Part shown: positions 8,949 to 18,489 of the stretch, piece by piece
Layout: each line of letters begins with the position of its first letter
Numbering within the stretch: the stretch's first letter is position 1
Origin: Candidatus Thorarchaeota archaeon
GTDB lineage: Archaea; Asgardarchaeota; Thorarchaeia; Thorarchaeales; Thorarchaeaceae
Reading direction: 5' to 3'
Length of the DNA stretch: 64,000 bases
NCBI GenBank assembly: GCA_011364905.1
Contig: RDNZ01000004.1
Span: 1 to 64,000 of the forward strand
Notes under the pieces: model-generated
What the model was told of the DNA's origin: nothing
The model's input: only the letters and a program-made list of their open reading frames with translations
Databases searched by the model: none
Program-made: the position numbers and the translations under genes

Positions 8949-9068
8949 ATGGCGACAGAGGTGAAACAGCCAACAACAGGACCAACACACAAAGAGCTCA
9001 CCGAAGAAGAGGAACAGGAGCTCGCGATGTTGGCGGAGTTGGCGAGGATTTACTATGATGGTCCATAA
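8949..9068 (+). CDS. Micro-peptide C, 39 aa (43 aa from ATG 8937): MATEVKQPTTGPTHKELTEEEEQELAMLAELARIYYDGP
   Basis: Follows an AT-rich promoter region and a hairpin (8914-8934). Sequence is protein-like and helical. Confidence 0.55.
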   Translation: MATEVKQPTTGPTHKELTEEEEQELAMLAELARIYYDGP

Positions 9069-9093
9069 CAAAGACCATTGATGAAAACTGGAC

Positions 9094-9597
9094 GTGTACA
9101 TATTGTCGGGGATAGAGATAGAAAATGAGAATATACTAGGACACTTACATGAGGCCATGGATCGAGCAGCCCCCTCTACTGATACAACATCGAGTCTTGG
9201 GATAGAGTATGCTTGTTTGCGTTCCATGATGTTAGAACCCCAGAATCCAACTATGTGGAATGCGCTAGCATTGGTCTACATGATGTCTGGCCGTGCAAAG
9301 GAGGCTGAGGCGGCGATAGAGAAGTCTCTTGATATCAATACGTCCAATGCATGGACTTGGACAATTTGGGGTGACCTTCTCAGACAAGAAGGAAGACTCA
9401 TGGAAGCAGAGCGAGCGTATCGAATGGTTCTAGAGTTGAATCCGAGTGATCCATATGTTCTAAAACACCTAGCATTACTTTGCTCTGCAAGAGGTGCATA
9501 CCCAGAAGCAGTGGACCTGTTTCAAAGCTTGATCCCGATCATACCAAACAATCAAGACATATGGGATGCCTATTCGTTCTGTCTGAAAAAGTGCTAG
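9094..9597 (+). CDS. Tetratricopeptide repeat protein
   Basis: TPR signatures WNALALVY...AEAAIEKSLDINTSNAWTW and AERAYRMVLELNPSD. Confidence 0.85.
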   Translation: MYILSGIEIENENILGHLHEAMDRAAPSTDTTSSLGIEYACLRSMMLEPQNPTMWNALALVYMMSGRAKEAEAAIEKSLDINTSNAWTWTIWGDLLRQEGRLMEAERAYRMVLELNPSDPYVLKHLALLCSARGAYPEAVDLFQSLIPIIPNNQDIWDAYSFCLKKC

Positions 9598-9602
9598 GGC
9601 AA

Positions 9603-12416
9603 TTACTCAGCCAGTCTGAAGTCATCGGCAAGGTTGGTGCTCAATCCCCTTCTTGTAGCTGCGTATGTGGTGGCAAACGCAGAAAAGAAACTCAGGAAAA
9701 GTATGCTTGATAGCAGGGGTAACGGCAGAATCATAGACACCGGAAGTCTTGACCAAGCAATCTGGGTGTCGAATCCGAGAAATGCCAGAGGTATCTGAAG
9801 CACAAGGAGCGACATGAGTATTCCAAGCATGAGTCCTATTAGAACGCCTAGGAACATGCTCACACACACATCTGCCAGAACAGAGCGCATGATTGATGGG
9901 TTTGGTGTCCCAAGGGCTCTCAAAATCGAGAACTGCTTTTGGAGCCGTCGAGTCTTGACAATCGAAATAATCATGAGCCCAGCAGTAAGATAGATCAGTG
10001 AAAATAGAAGATTTAGCGTATACACGCCATATATAGACTGCCCAGTCCGTGAGTCCAACACATCATCAATATTTGCTTGAGCTGAAACTACTTCTTGGTC
10101 TGTGAAATTAGCAATGCTTTTGACCTGCTCTAAAACTTGTGTGTAGTTTGCATCTTCAGTCAGATCGATGTAGACCTTGTTCACTCTTGATGTGTTCAGT
10201 GTGCTTTGGACGTAGCTGATGTTCATCAAGACGAAGTCTTGAATATCTGGCTCGCCGGGGAAATAATTGACACTCCTTGATGTGTAGCTTGTGGACATAA
10301 CATCAACAACAGTGCAGTTGAGTATACTAGTTTGGTTAAGCTTTTGAATAACGACACTCACAGATTCATTATAGATTGGTTCGTCAAAGGAGTATTGTGC
10401 CACAGGCATAAATGTGCTAATGACATTAGTATCACTCTCTGCAAGCAGTCGAATTGCTTCATACGGATCTCCACCAAGTGTAAAATAGGGACATAGGAAT
10501 GCCGTTTTTTCCCAACTTAAGGGGTCGATTGCTAGAATAGTGATTGTCGTATTGACTGGGACTGATTCTCGCTGAGGGCTTGCCTGTATGTACATAACAC
10601 GTCCAGATATCTTCAATAGCGCGCTAGCGTCGCTGACGCCTCCAATAGCCCTTATCTCTTCAAGGATACTCTCATTGATGTATCTTTGATTTTCATCGAC
10701 ATTGATCACAATATCCGCTCCAACATTGAAATAGAATAAATCATGCATGTGAGCTGAACCTGTTGTTGATGATATAGCTGAAAAGAAGCCTGCAGTAAAA
10801 ACAAGTCCAATAAACATCACTCCCATCGCTTCACTTCTCTTAGCTAAAACAGCATTTCTGGACATCATTATGCCTCCTACCTTCAACGATAAGCTTCGGA
10901 ACGAATTGAGTAGTTTTGACTTGATATTTGCTGTAGGTAGCGAGGCAATTCTAGCTATTGAAATGAAGAATACGCCAAACATGGTTATGAACAATGCAGA
11001 AAACAACAAGGTCCCTGTCGATGAAATTCCTCCAGAATTCAGTGAAGTCAGGAGCGGGTTTATGAATAACCCTGCAACGACAAATGCTATGACTTCAACT
11101 ATTGGTGGTCGGACTGCTTCTCTCCCTGTAAGTGCTTCTCTCTCAACTACTGAGTGAGCTTCATCAGGACTCATAAGAAGGGCATTGATCGCTCGCGGTA
11201 GAGAAATGATAAGGCCGAGGGTGAAAGAAAATGCAAAGATAACTGCAATTGAAGTCGGTTCCAATGATAAATCGAAGGAAGACAGTTCTCCTTCACTGAA
11301 GACCATCAGACCCCTCGCTCCGCCTGATAGTATAGCCGCAAAAACTCCTGCTACAACTGCGCCCAAACTGCCTAGTAGTCCTGTGGTGAGTGCGCTAGAC
11401 ATAATCCAGTTAAATGATTGCCAACCTGATGCCCCTCTAGTTATCAGGGTGCCTACGTCCCGTCTGCGTTGACTGTCTATCAGTTTTGAGTTGTAGACCA
11501 GAAGCATTATCCCCATCACAATACTCGGGAAAGAGAAGGCAAGGGCTATGACGGTCATTGTAGATGCCCACGTGTTATAACCATAAACAATTCCCAGTAT
11601 TTCGAAATCCGCGACTTTCGCGTAAGGCAAAGTGCGCTGCTCAATTCTCTTCTTGACATTTGCAAGGGATGATTCGACGAAGCTCGGATTGCCATTGATG
11701 ATGAAATTCGTATCCAACTCTGTCCATATGCTGAAGAATACATCATTTCTTGACTGAAGACCAACATTTCCAAACTCCGAAACAAGACCATTCCGAGTGG
11801 TAACCATTCGAAGCGATGTTAGTGGATTTCCACTGGAATCGTGTCGACTACTGAACAAGTTGGTCGTGAAAATCCCAGCCACTAAATAGCTAGCATTATA
11901 CCTCTGCAATTCATAGTTACTATTTTGAGCTATAATCTCAGCAATGTAGGTGCCGCCAATCTCTAGACCAAGATAATTTGCCCACTCTTGTTCGACATAG
12001 CAGGAAGTGTCGTTCAGATTGAATTGTTTTGAATTCAGGTGAATAGATTTTGAAAAAGTGCTAAAGAAGGAATCATCAACACCAAGGTATGTATATTGCC
12101 TGAATCTACTTTCTGGGAACTCGCCATCCCAACTATCTATGATTGCCACAACTTCTGTACTCACCACTAAACTCTGATCGCTAACAATTTCTGCCAGTTC
12201 ATCAATAGTCATCATATTGGTTTCATAGAAGTCAGTGGTGCATTCCACCTCCATATCCACCTGTATATCCTGCGTCATTTCTTCCAGCACATTTGAACTA
12301 GTGCTGTCCATATAGAATAGGATGCCTCCCAATACACCCGCTGAAAGAGAAAACAGAAACAATGTAGCCAAGACCTGAGGCGTGTGTGAAGTGAGTCTGG
12401 AGAGGAGGAACATCAA
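9603..12416 (-). CDS. FtsX/MacB-like ABC transporter permease
   Basis: Motifs RRRDVGTLITRGAS and QFSILRALG, VGADI, two large extracellular domains, multiple TMs. Confidence 0.85.
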   Translation of the reverse strand: MMFLLSRLTSHTPQVLATLFLFSLSAGVLGGILFYMDSTSSNVLEEMTQDIQVDMEVECTTDFYETNMMTIDELAEIVSDQSLVVSTEVVAIIDSWDGEFPESRFRQYTYLGVDDSFFSTFSKSIHLNSKQFNLNDTSCYVEQEWANYLGLEIGGTYIAEIIAQNSNYELQRYNASYLVAGIFTTNLFSSRHDSSGNPLTSLRMVTTRNGLVSEFGNVGLQSRNDVFFSIWTELDTNFIINGNPSFVESSLANVKKRIEQRTLPYAKVADFEILGIVYGYNTWASTMTVIALAFSFPSIVMGIMLLVYNSKLIDSQRRRDVGTLITRGASGWQSFNWIMSSALTTGLLGSLGAVVAGVFAAILSGGARGLMVFSEGELSSFDLSLEPTSIAVIFAFSFTLGLIISLPRAINALLMSPDEAHSVVEREALTGREAVRPPIVEVIAFVVAGLFINPLLTSLNSGGISSTGTLLFSALFITMFGVFFISIARIASLPTANIKSKLLNSFRSLSLKVGGIMMSRNAVLAKRSEAMGVMFIGLVFTAGFFSAISSTTGSAHMHDLFYFNVGADIVINVDENQRYINESILEEIRAIGGVSDASALLKISGRVMYIQASPQRESVPVNTTITILAIDPLSWEKTAFLCPYFTLGGDPYEAIRLLAESDTNVISTFMPVAQYSFDEPIYNESVSVVIQKLNQTSILNCTVVDVMSTSYTSRSVNYFPGEPDIQDFVLMNISYVQSTLNTSRVNKVYIDLTEDANYTQVLEQVKSIANFTDQEVVSAQANIDDVLDSRTGQSIYGVYTLNLLFSLIYLTAGLMIISIVKTRRLQKQFSILRALGTPNPSIMRSVLADVCVSMFLGVLIGLMLGILMSLLVLQIPLAFLGFDTQIAWSRLPVSMILPLPLLSSILFLSFFSAFATTYAATRRGLSTNLADDFRLAE

Positions 12417-15187
12417 AATCCCTCCGTGTAGGGACCCGATTCAGTCCATGTGCTATTCAGTGCTTCACTCAAATCCACTCTAGAGCTAAGTAGTGCTATC
12501 AGAGAAATAAAGACGATTGTGCAGAGTATGAAGAACGATAGGATTATGCCCATTGGAAGCCACGGTGTCAGAATAGTGATTGGTGAGGGGTAGATATATG
12601 ACACGCCGCCGTAGGTTCGAACTGCAGAAAGAAGTGAATTCACTGATAAAATAGGCGTGAATAATCCAAGAAGTATAACGCTGACAAGCAGAAGAACTAG
12701 CATTTCTGATGTTTGCACTTTTATTATGAGATTCTTCTCGGCTCCTAAGGACCTGAGAAGTGCTATCTCTCGTTTCCTTGACTTAATCCCTTCGACAGCA
12801 TATACAACAAATGCTCCGAAGATTACGCCAATGCTGACGACTGTCATGAGCGTATCAGTTGAACGATCAAGACTATAGATGTCCTGGCCAGTATAGACCT
12901 CTACCTCAAGAAAGGCTGATGCCCACTCTTGATTCTTCAGAACATCCATCCAACCATTATTGAGGAACTCCTCAGCAGTTTGTATTGCACTAGATTGGTT
13001 TCCAACTCTCATACAAAACACAGTATCGATGTCCTGCACTTCTGAGAAAATTGTATCAACATCATCAATATTCACCCAGACTTTTCCTAGTCCAACTTTG
13101 TATGTCCATGGGGTTTCATAGTAGGAATCGTATTCGCTCTCAAATGTCAAGGTATCTGGAAGTGCTCCAACAACTCCGATAATACTGAACTCAAGTGCTT
13201 CAAGTTCAGTTGCATTCCTCCAGAATGCTCTTAGTATCCCTTCATTTGAAAGATCGTATTGCTCTGCGATGTCTTGCGTTATGATTGCGCCAAATTCCGT
13301 GATGGACAGTTGGTCCATTAAGGCGCTAAGCTTTGACTCATTTAGCTTGTTTCCAACAGAATCATACCCAACTCTAGAGTATTCTTCTGGATTTATGGCT
13401 ATGAAGTCGAATAGGCCCTCTGTACCCGTGGAGAGAGAGAGCGAAAGAATGTCAATCAAGGTTCCACTTGATGATGGTATGCTGTTTGTGAGATTGCCAA
13501 TAAAAGAATCCCATTGTGCTGATTCATCTGTATCGAGATGAAATGCCAAATCACCTCCTATGGCGAATCTTGATTGATTCAACCTCGTATAGGGTAAAGT
13601 TGCATCATTGATCGCACAATTCCAACCAAGACTCATCGCCAACACTAGTACAAGGATAAGTGGCCCGGATGAAGCCGTTGCTCTGCTTATTCTACGAATT
13701 CCAACCGACGCAGGTATATCTCCTACAATAATGCCGCAAACATTTGACAGTTTTATAGCTCCCCTCTTCAGTCCCTTCAATGCCAGACTTGTCATTGCAA
13801 AGAATAGTGTATAGGGTAACACGCCCAGAAGAGAGAAAAGAAACGGATTTTGTGTGATAACTGTACCTTCCATGTTAAAAGCAACAAGAAATGCCGCGCT
13901 AAGAGAAAGTATAGCCATATCCCATTTGATGAAACCCAAAGCTTTGGTCAGTTTGGCAACTCTACCACGCACATCTATGGCGGGGATTCTGAGAAGTCCT
14001 TTCAACTGATACATTACGAGAACCAGCAGCGGCAATCCTATTCCTGCGACTATCGAAAAGATCAGACTGTCGTAAGTAATTAGAAGTGGTTCTGTGAGTA
14101 GTTTCTGAGAATCAATCCGAAAGAATCCGTCTGACGCAAGAGCAAATCTACTAAATGCAATACCTATTGCAAAACCTGGAAGAATGGAAAGAATCGCCGT
14201 AGCAGTGATTTCGGTGTTAACTAAAATATTGACTCGGGTTTGCGAAGCACCCCTGGCGACTAACATACTTGTTTCGAATTCTCTCTCATTCCAGATATGA
14301 TTTATAGCCAAGTAGATGACGGCAAGTTCAAGGAGAACTATCCCACCGGTTCGAAAAACCTGAGATGTTCTGAGATCTGTAAGATACGCCATATAACTCT
14401 CAATGCTATCAGACAGCAAGTTGACTACGGAATATTGTGATGTATCGCTCCCCCGTGCATATGTTATATCCAGTCGTTTTATGTCTTCATCAATTCTGTT
14501 TAGGAATCGAAGAGCGCCCATAGGGTCATATGCCACGATTCTGCTTCTATCAACATCTGCATAGATGTAGCTTGAATCTGATGAATCGTGTTCCAATGTG
14601 TGAAATATCGCATTCGCTCGAGTATAGAAGAGTGAATTAGTGTAGCCACTTTCTCCATGCTTGAAGATACCTGAAACAATTGCGACTTGAGTTGACCCGA
14701 CAATGGGGGCCATATTAGAAAAGGAGTAATTGACTTGGTCTCCTAGCCCAACATAAAGTCGATATGCAATCAAAGTCGAAATGGCTACTTCTGAATCGTT
14801 TGTAGGAAAGTGTCCCTCAGTTAGAACAAAAACAGTTGGGAATGCTTCCAGGAATTCTTCATTGGATTCTATACCAAAGGTATTAGCTAGCCAAGTAAGA
14901 CCATAAGTATTCGAAACAAGGTAAGATGTTCTTCCCCGAAAGCTGGCAGCTTTCGTTATCCCTGCAATCTCTCTGAAGTTATTGATTTCGGAGTCAATGC
15001 CTCTTCCTGTTGCCACCAGAGATGCAGGGCCCACATCATTGCTGGATTTCCAATTCTCCATTGAATATGAATCAACATAGACCATGATGCTCCCCACGAT
15101 AGCTGATGAAAGCATGAAACAAAAGAGAGCAACTATCTTCCTTTGTCTACCTTCAAATGCTTCATAACCTGCAGGAGTCCTAACCAA
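12413..15187 (-). CDS. FtsX/MacB-like ABC transporter permease
   Basis: Motifs REFETSMLVARGAS, RKREIALLRSLGA and IGGDL. ATGA-coupled to the next permease. Confidence 0.85.
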   Translation of the reverse strand: MVRTPAGYEAFEGRQRKIVALFCFMLSSAIVGSIMVYVDSYSMENWKSSNDVGPASLVATGRGIDSEINNFREIAGITKAASFRGRTSYLVSNTYGLTWLANTFGIESNEEFLEAFPTVFVLTEGHFPTNDSEVAISTLIAYRLYVGLGDQVNYSFSNMAPIVGSTQVAIVSGIFKHGESGYTNSLFYTRANAIFHTLEHDSSDSSYIYADVDRSRIVAYDPMGALRFLNRIDEDIKRLDITYARGSDTSQYSVVNLLSDSIESYMAYLTDLRTSQVFRTGGIVLLELAVIYLAINHIWNEREFETSMLVARGASQTRVNILVNTEITATAILSILPGFAIGIAFSRFALASDGFFRIDSQKLLTEPLLITYDSLIFSIVAGIGLPLLVLVMYQLKGLLRIPAIDVRGRVAKLTKALGFIKWDMAILSLSAAFLVAFNMEGTVITQNPFLFSLLGVLPYTLFFAMTSLALKGLKRGAIKLSNVCGIIVGDIPASVGIRRISRATASSGPLILVLVLAMSLGWNCAINDATLPYTRLNQSRFAIGGDLAFHLDTDESAQWDSFIGNLTNSIPSSSGTLIDILSLSLSTGTEGLFDFIAINPEEYSRVGYDSVGNKLNESKLSALMDQLSITEFGAIITQDIAEQYDLSNEGILRAFWRNATELEALEFSIIGVVGALPDTLTFESEYDSYYETPWTYKVGLGKVWVNIDDVDTIFSEVQDIDTVFCMRVGNQSSAIQTAEEFLNNGWMDVLKNQEWASAFLEVEVYTGQDIYSLDRSTDTLMTVVSIGVIFGAFVVYAVEGIKSRKREIALLRSLGAEKNLIIKVQTSEMLVLLLVSVILLGLFTPILSVNSLLSAVRTYGGVSYIYPSPITILTPWLPMGIILSFFILCTIVFISLIALLSSRVDLSEALNSTWTESGPYTEGF

Positions 15188-15290
15188 TCCGAATCGCCCT
15201 TTCTCATTCTCGTGTTGAACAAATCTGTAGCAGCTGGCATCCTTCTAATAAACCGCACTTTTATAGCAGCAGCTGATAATCATCAAATTC

Positions 15291-16496
15291 ATGGAACTGA
15301 AAATAATCCCCTTCTTATCATCTGTTTCCCCTACGGGCGTAAGAGAGGAACTGCTTAAGGAATTCTCCTCGATCAGAGCAAGCGTGCTTGAACCTGCAGC
15401 CTACCAGCAAGAAACTACTACGGACAGAGTCATTCTCTTCATTGGCACAGGTGGAACTGAGAATGACGTTGCAGATTTCTTAAGCCAACATTCCTTAAAG
15501 CCCCCTATCATGCTTCTGAGCTATGACCTCCGCAATTCACTTCCAGCAGCTATGGAAATACGGTCATACCTTCAGCAGAATGGCATCGAATCAAGAATAG
15601 TATACTCCTCTTTTTCCGAATTGCTTCAGACAGTTTCGGAATGGAGTGAATTCGCAGATGTCCTCACAAATGTCAGCAGGAGTAGTATTGGCATCGTTGG
15701 AAAACCATCATCCTGGCTCATTGCTTCTGAAATCGATAAAGACAAGGTGGCAACACGATGGGGAGTAACCATACAGCAGTTATCATTAGACTCGCTCATT
15801 GAGTCAGTAAGGTCAATAAGCGATGCACCATCCGTCGAATCCTTCAAACAGTCCGCAACTTCTTGTTCGCCTACAGATGATGATGTCCGAAAAGCTGGAC
15901 TTGTCGCGGAATCAATGAGGAATCTTGTGCAAAGAGAAGATCTTGATGCGGTCACTGTTGAGTGTTTCAGTCTACTTATGGAAACCGGAGTCTCCGGTTG
16001 CTTCGCCCTGTCACTTCTTAATGACCTGAAAGAATCGACTGCGGGATGTGAAGGCGACATTCCAGCAACATTCACGATGATGCTGGGGCGGCTGCTCACC
16101 GGCCGGATAGGATTCATGGCCAATGTCACTCAAGTTGACGATGCGGACAATACTGCAGTCTTTGCCCATTGCACTCTTCCAACCTCATTGGCTGAGAGCT
16201 ATGAAATCACATCACATTTTGAAACTGGTTTGAGTATTGGTATACGGGGAACTCTGAAAAAACAGCCAGTAACTATCTTCAAGGTGTTTGGTGATGACCT
16301 CAGGGAGTACTGGGTTTCTAATGGTGAGATAGTAGAGAATCTGGTCAATGACACTGGTTGCAGAACACAGATCCGAGTCAAACTTGAAGAGGATGTAAAC
16401 TACTTCTTGGAACGGTCACTAGCGAATCATCATATAGTGTTCCCTGGCACTTATGCAGAGAAAATCCACAGATTCTTTTCGTTTGCTGCAGGATGA
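15291..16496 (+). CDS. L-fucose/L-arabinose isomerase-like family protein
   Basis: Motifs VTVECF, AGCEGDIP, FAHCT, CRTQI and LANHH. Confidence 0.75.
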   Translation: MELKIIPFLSSVSPTGVREELLKEFSSIRASVLEPAAYQQETTTDRVILFIGTGGTENDVADFLSQHSLKPPIMLLSYDLRNSLPAAMEIRSYLQQNGIESRIVYSSFSELLQTVSEWSEFADVLTNVSRSSIGIVGKPSSWLIASEIDKDKVATRWGVTIQQLSLDSLIESVRSISDAPSVESFKQSATSCSPTDDDVRKAGLVAESMRNLVQREDLDAVTVECFSLLMETGVSGCFALSLLNDLKESTAGCEGDIPATFTMMLGRLLTGRIGFMANVTQVDDADNTAVFAHCTLPTSLAESYEITSHFETGLSIGIRGTLKKQPVTIFKVFGDDLREYWVSNGEIVENLVNDTGCRTQIRVKLEEDVNYFLERSLANHHIVFPGTYAEKIHRFFSFAAG

Positions 16497-16714
16497 CTGG
16501 ATTCCCTCCAAGCAGGACTTTCTTGTCGAATGGAATCACATCAAAATATGTCATTGATCGCGTCTAATAAGGTCATACTGGTCTGAGTGAAAACATGGTT
16601 CTGAAAGGTTGGTCCCTTTCATTCTATCAGCTTAGACGGCGATTCTTCTCATCGAATTCCTCTAGACAATCTTTGCTACATGATGATGTGACAAACGATT
16701 TTGGGCTGACAAAG

Positions 16715-17467
16715 ATGCTACTTCCCCCTTTCCAGACCGCAGACAGAGTCCAGCGAATCATATGCAAAACTGGAACACCCACTTTAGACAGTCTACTCGA
16801 TGGAGGTTTCGAGGTGGGTCTTGTCTATCTATTCTATGGCTCTAGTCGGCTTCATGACATTCTGCTGAAAGCTGCTGTACACTCTCAATTACCTCCACGG
16901 AACGGTGGTTTCTCAAGCCCATCAATTATCATTGATAGTTCAAACATTGTGAATATAGTCAAACTCAGAGATTTCTCATTCGAACTCGGACTCGAACCCG
17001 AGAGTGTGATGGATATGATCTATGTTTCTCGAGCTTTCAACTCGAGCCAGACTTATGATCTGGTCATTAATCATCTTGATGAATTCCTTGAGAGGGTTCC
17101 AGCCAAGCTACTAGTCCTCCCAGGCCTTGTTGACCTCTTCATTAATGAGGGTCTAGACTCTGAAAGAACAAAGGATATGACGCATCTAGCCGCGAGAATC
17201 AATGCTTTCACTCTGAAGCACAATCTAATCACCTTGATATCTACCAGTCTCAAGAGTAGTCATGCTATGCATCCACCAGTCGGAACGACCTTGGCAAGCT
17301 CTGCTCAAGTTCACATTCACATTGAGGAAACACCAATGCGAACTGTGTATTCACTTACAAAGCATCCAAACCTGCCAAATCGAACTGAGTCCTCTGCGAA
17401 GCAGGGGTCTGCCTTTGGAGTGACACTCCCCCTTGATTACTTCTTCCGAGATACTTCTTCTACTTGA
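16715..17467 (+). CDS. RadA/RadB-like RecA-fold protein with degenerate Walker A
   Basis: TGTPTLDSLLDGGF and IYVSRAFN..Q are present but the GxxGxGKT P-loop is not. ATG 16715 preferred over 16595. Confidence 0.75.
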   Translation: MLLPPFQTADRVQRIICKTGTPTLDSLLDGGFEVGLVYLFYGSSRLHDILLKAAVHSQLPPRNGGFSSPSIIIDSSNIVNIVKLRDFSFELGLEPESVMDMIYVSRAFNSSQTYDLVINHLDEFLERVPAKLLVLPGLVDLFINEGLDSERTKDMTHLAARINAFTLKHNLITLISTSLKSSHAMHPPVGTTLASSAQVHIHIEETPMRTVYSLTKHPNLPNRTESSAKQGSAFGVTLPLDYFFRDTSST

Positions 17468-17566
17468 GTGACTTGACGAATCCTTGGACCACACTTTCGA
17501 GGAACGAGAATTACGTTTCGGTTTTGTTTACGTCTTTTGGGCATTATTGGCTAGAAGTTAGTGCAA

Positions 17567-18424
17567 TTACCAGTCTAGGTCTAGGTCAACGGAATCACTA
17601 TGAGTTTCATCCTTCATTTTTTCTCCTGAAACCTTTAACGGAATCTCTATTGAGGGATCAATTGCTAATCCAATCTCCATCACTACCTTCAGGACTAGCG
17701 AAGTCTTGATGAGTTTGGCCACAAACGGAGTCACTGTACCCCAATCAAAATGAACTGCTTCATCAATCCATCTGTCCCAATCACTGTCTGCAATTGGAAT
17801 TCGTTTGTCCGTAATGAGAACCTTCGAGTCTAGTTTGTTCCCTCTGCACACAACATCTTCTCGCCTATGAATTTCAACTCGAACACCCTTAATGCGTGGG
17901 CGTTCTCTTACGCAAACTCTAACATCAAAATCCCTATTTGGCCTGATGATGTCTGTTGGAAGTTCTACCAACAGTTGTTCCTTTTCTCTCCTTATTGGTT
18001 GCAATCCTGAGTCTGGTTCAGGAATGTATTGCGGTGGTCGTGTAGCCACAATGAGATTGGTCTTTGATTTCGTGTCTATTGCACGACTTATTTCTACGAC
18101 AGCTTCAACATCATATTGGATACTACCACGAAATCCGACGTGAGTTGGCGGAATACTCCCCGGGAGATTAAACTCAAAATCGAGTCTTGTATCCCCTAAG
18201 GAAACAACACCTTCCTCGTAGATGGTCATTTCTTTACTCAGAACTTCGTGTGTTTCACTCACATGCACCTTTCCCGCTTGGTAGTGAGTATATTCCTTAC
18301 CCTGGGCCTTCAATGTTATCCTATTACAGGTGAACTCCTTGTTTGTACTGACTAATGCGTACCCGCTTACCTGCTCGCCTGGGTAGTACTGGTCTCTCTC
18401 GGTATGTATTGATATTTGTCGCAT
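17567..18424 (-). CDS. Two-domain arrestin-fold protein (alpha-arrestin/Vps26-like)
   Basis: N domain: YYPGEQVSG...FEFNLPGSIPPTHVGFRGSIQYDVEAVV. C domain: LVELPTDIIRP...LIKTSLVLKVV...IEIPLKV. Start at ATG 18424 after GAGGAAG. Confidence 0.85.
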   Translation of the reverse strand: MRQISIHTERDQYYPGEQVSGYALVSTNKEFTCNRITLKAQGKEYTHYQAGKVHVSETHEVLSKEMTIYEEGVVSLGDTRLDFEFNLPGSIPPTHVGFRGSIQYDVEAVVEISRAIDTKSKTNLIVATRPPQYIPEPDSGLQPIRREKEQLLVELPTDIIRPNRDFDVRVCVRERPRIKGVRVEIHRREDVVCRGNKLDSKVLITDKRIPIADSDWDRWIDEAVHFDWGTVTPFVAKLIKTSLVLKVVMEIGLAIDPSIEIPLKVSGEKMKDETHSDSVDLDLDW

Positions 18425-18489
18425 GTCTTCCTCGACCGCCTGCCAATAATCATTACTACACAATCACAAATAGTGTTTTCTCAAAACAT

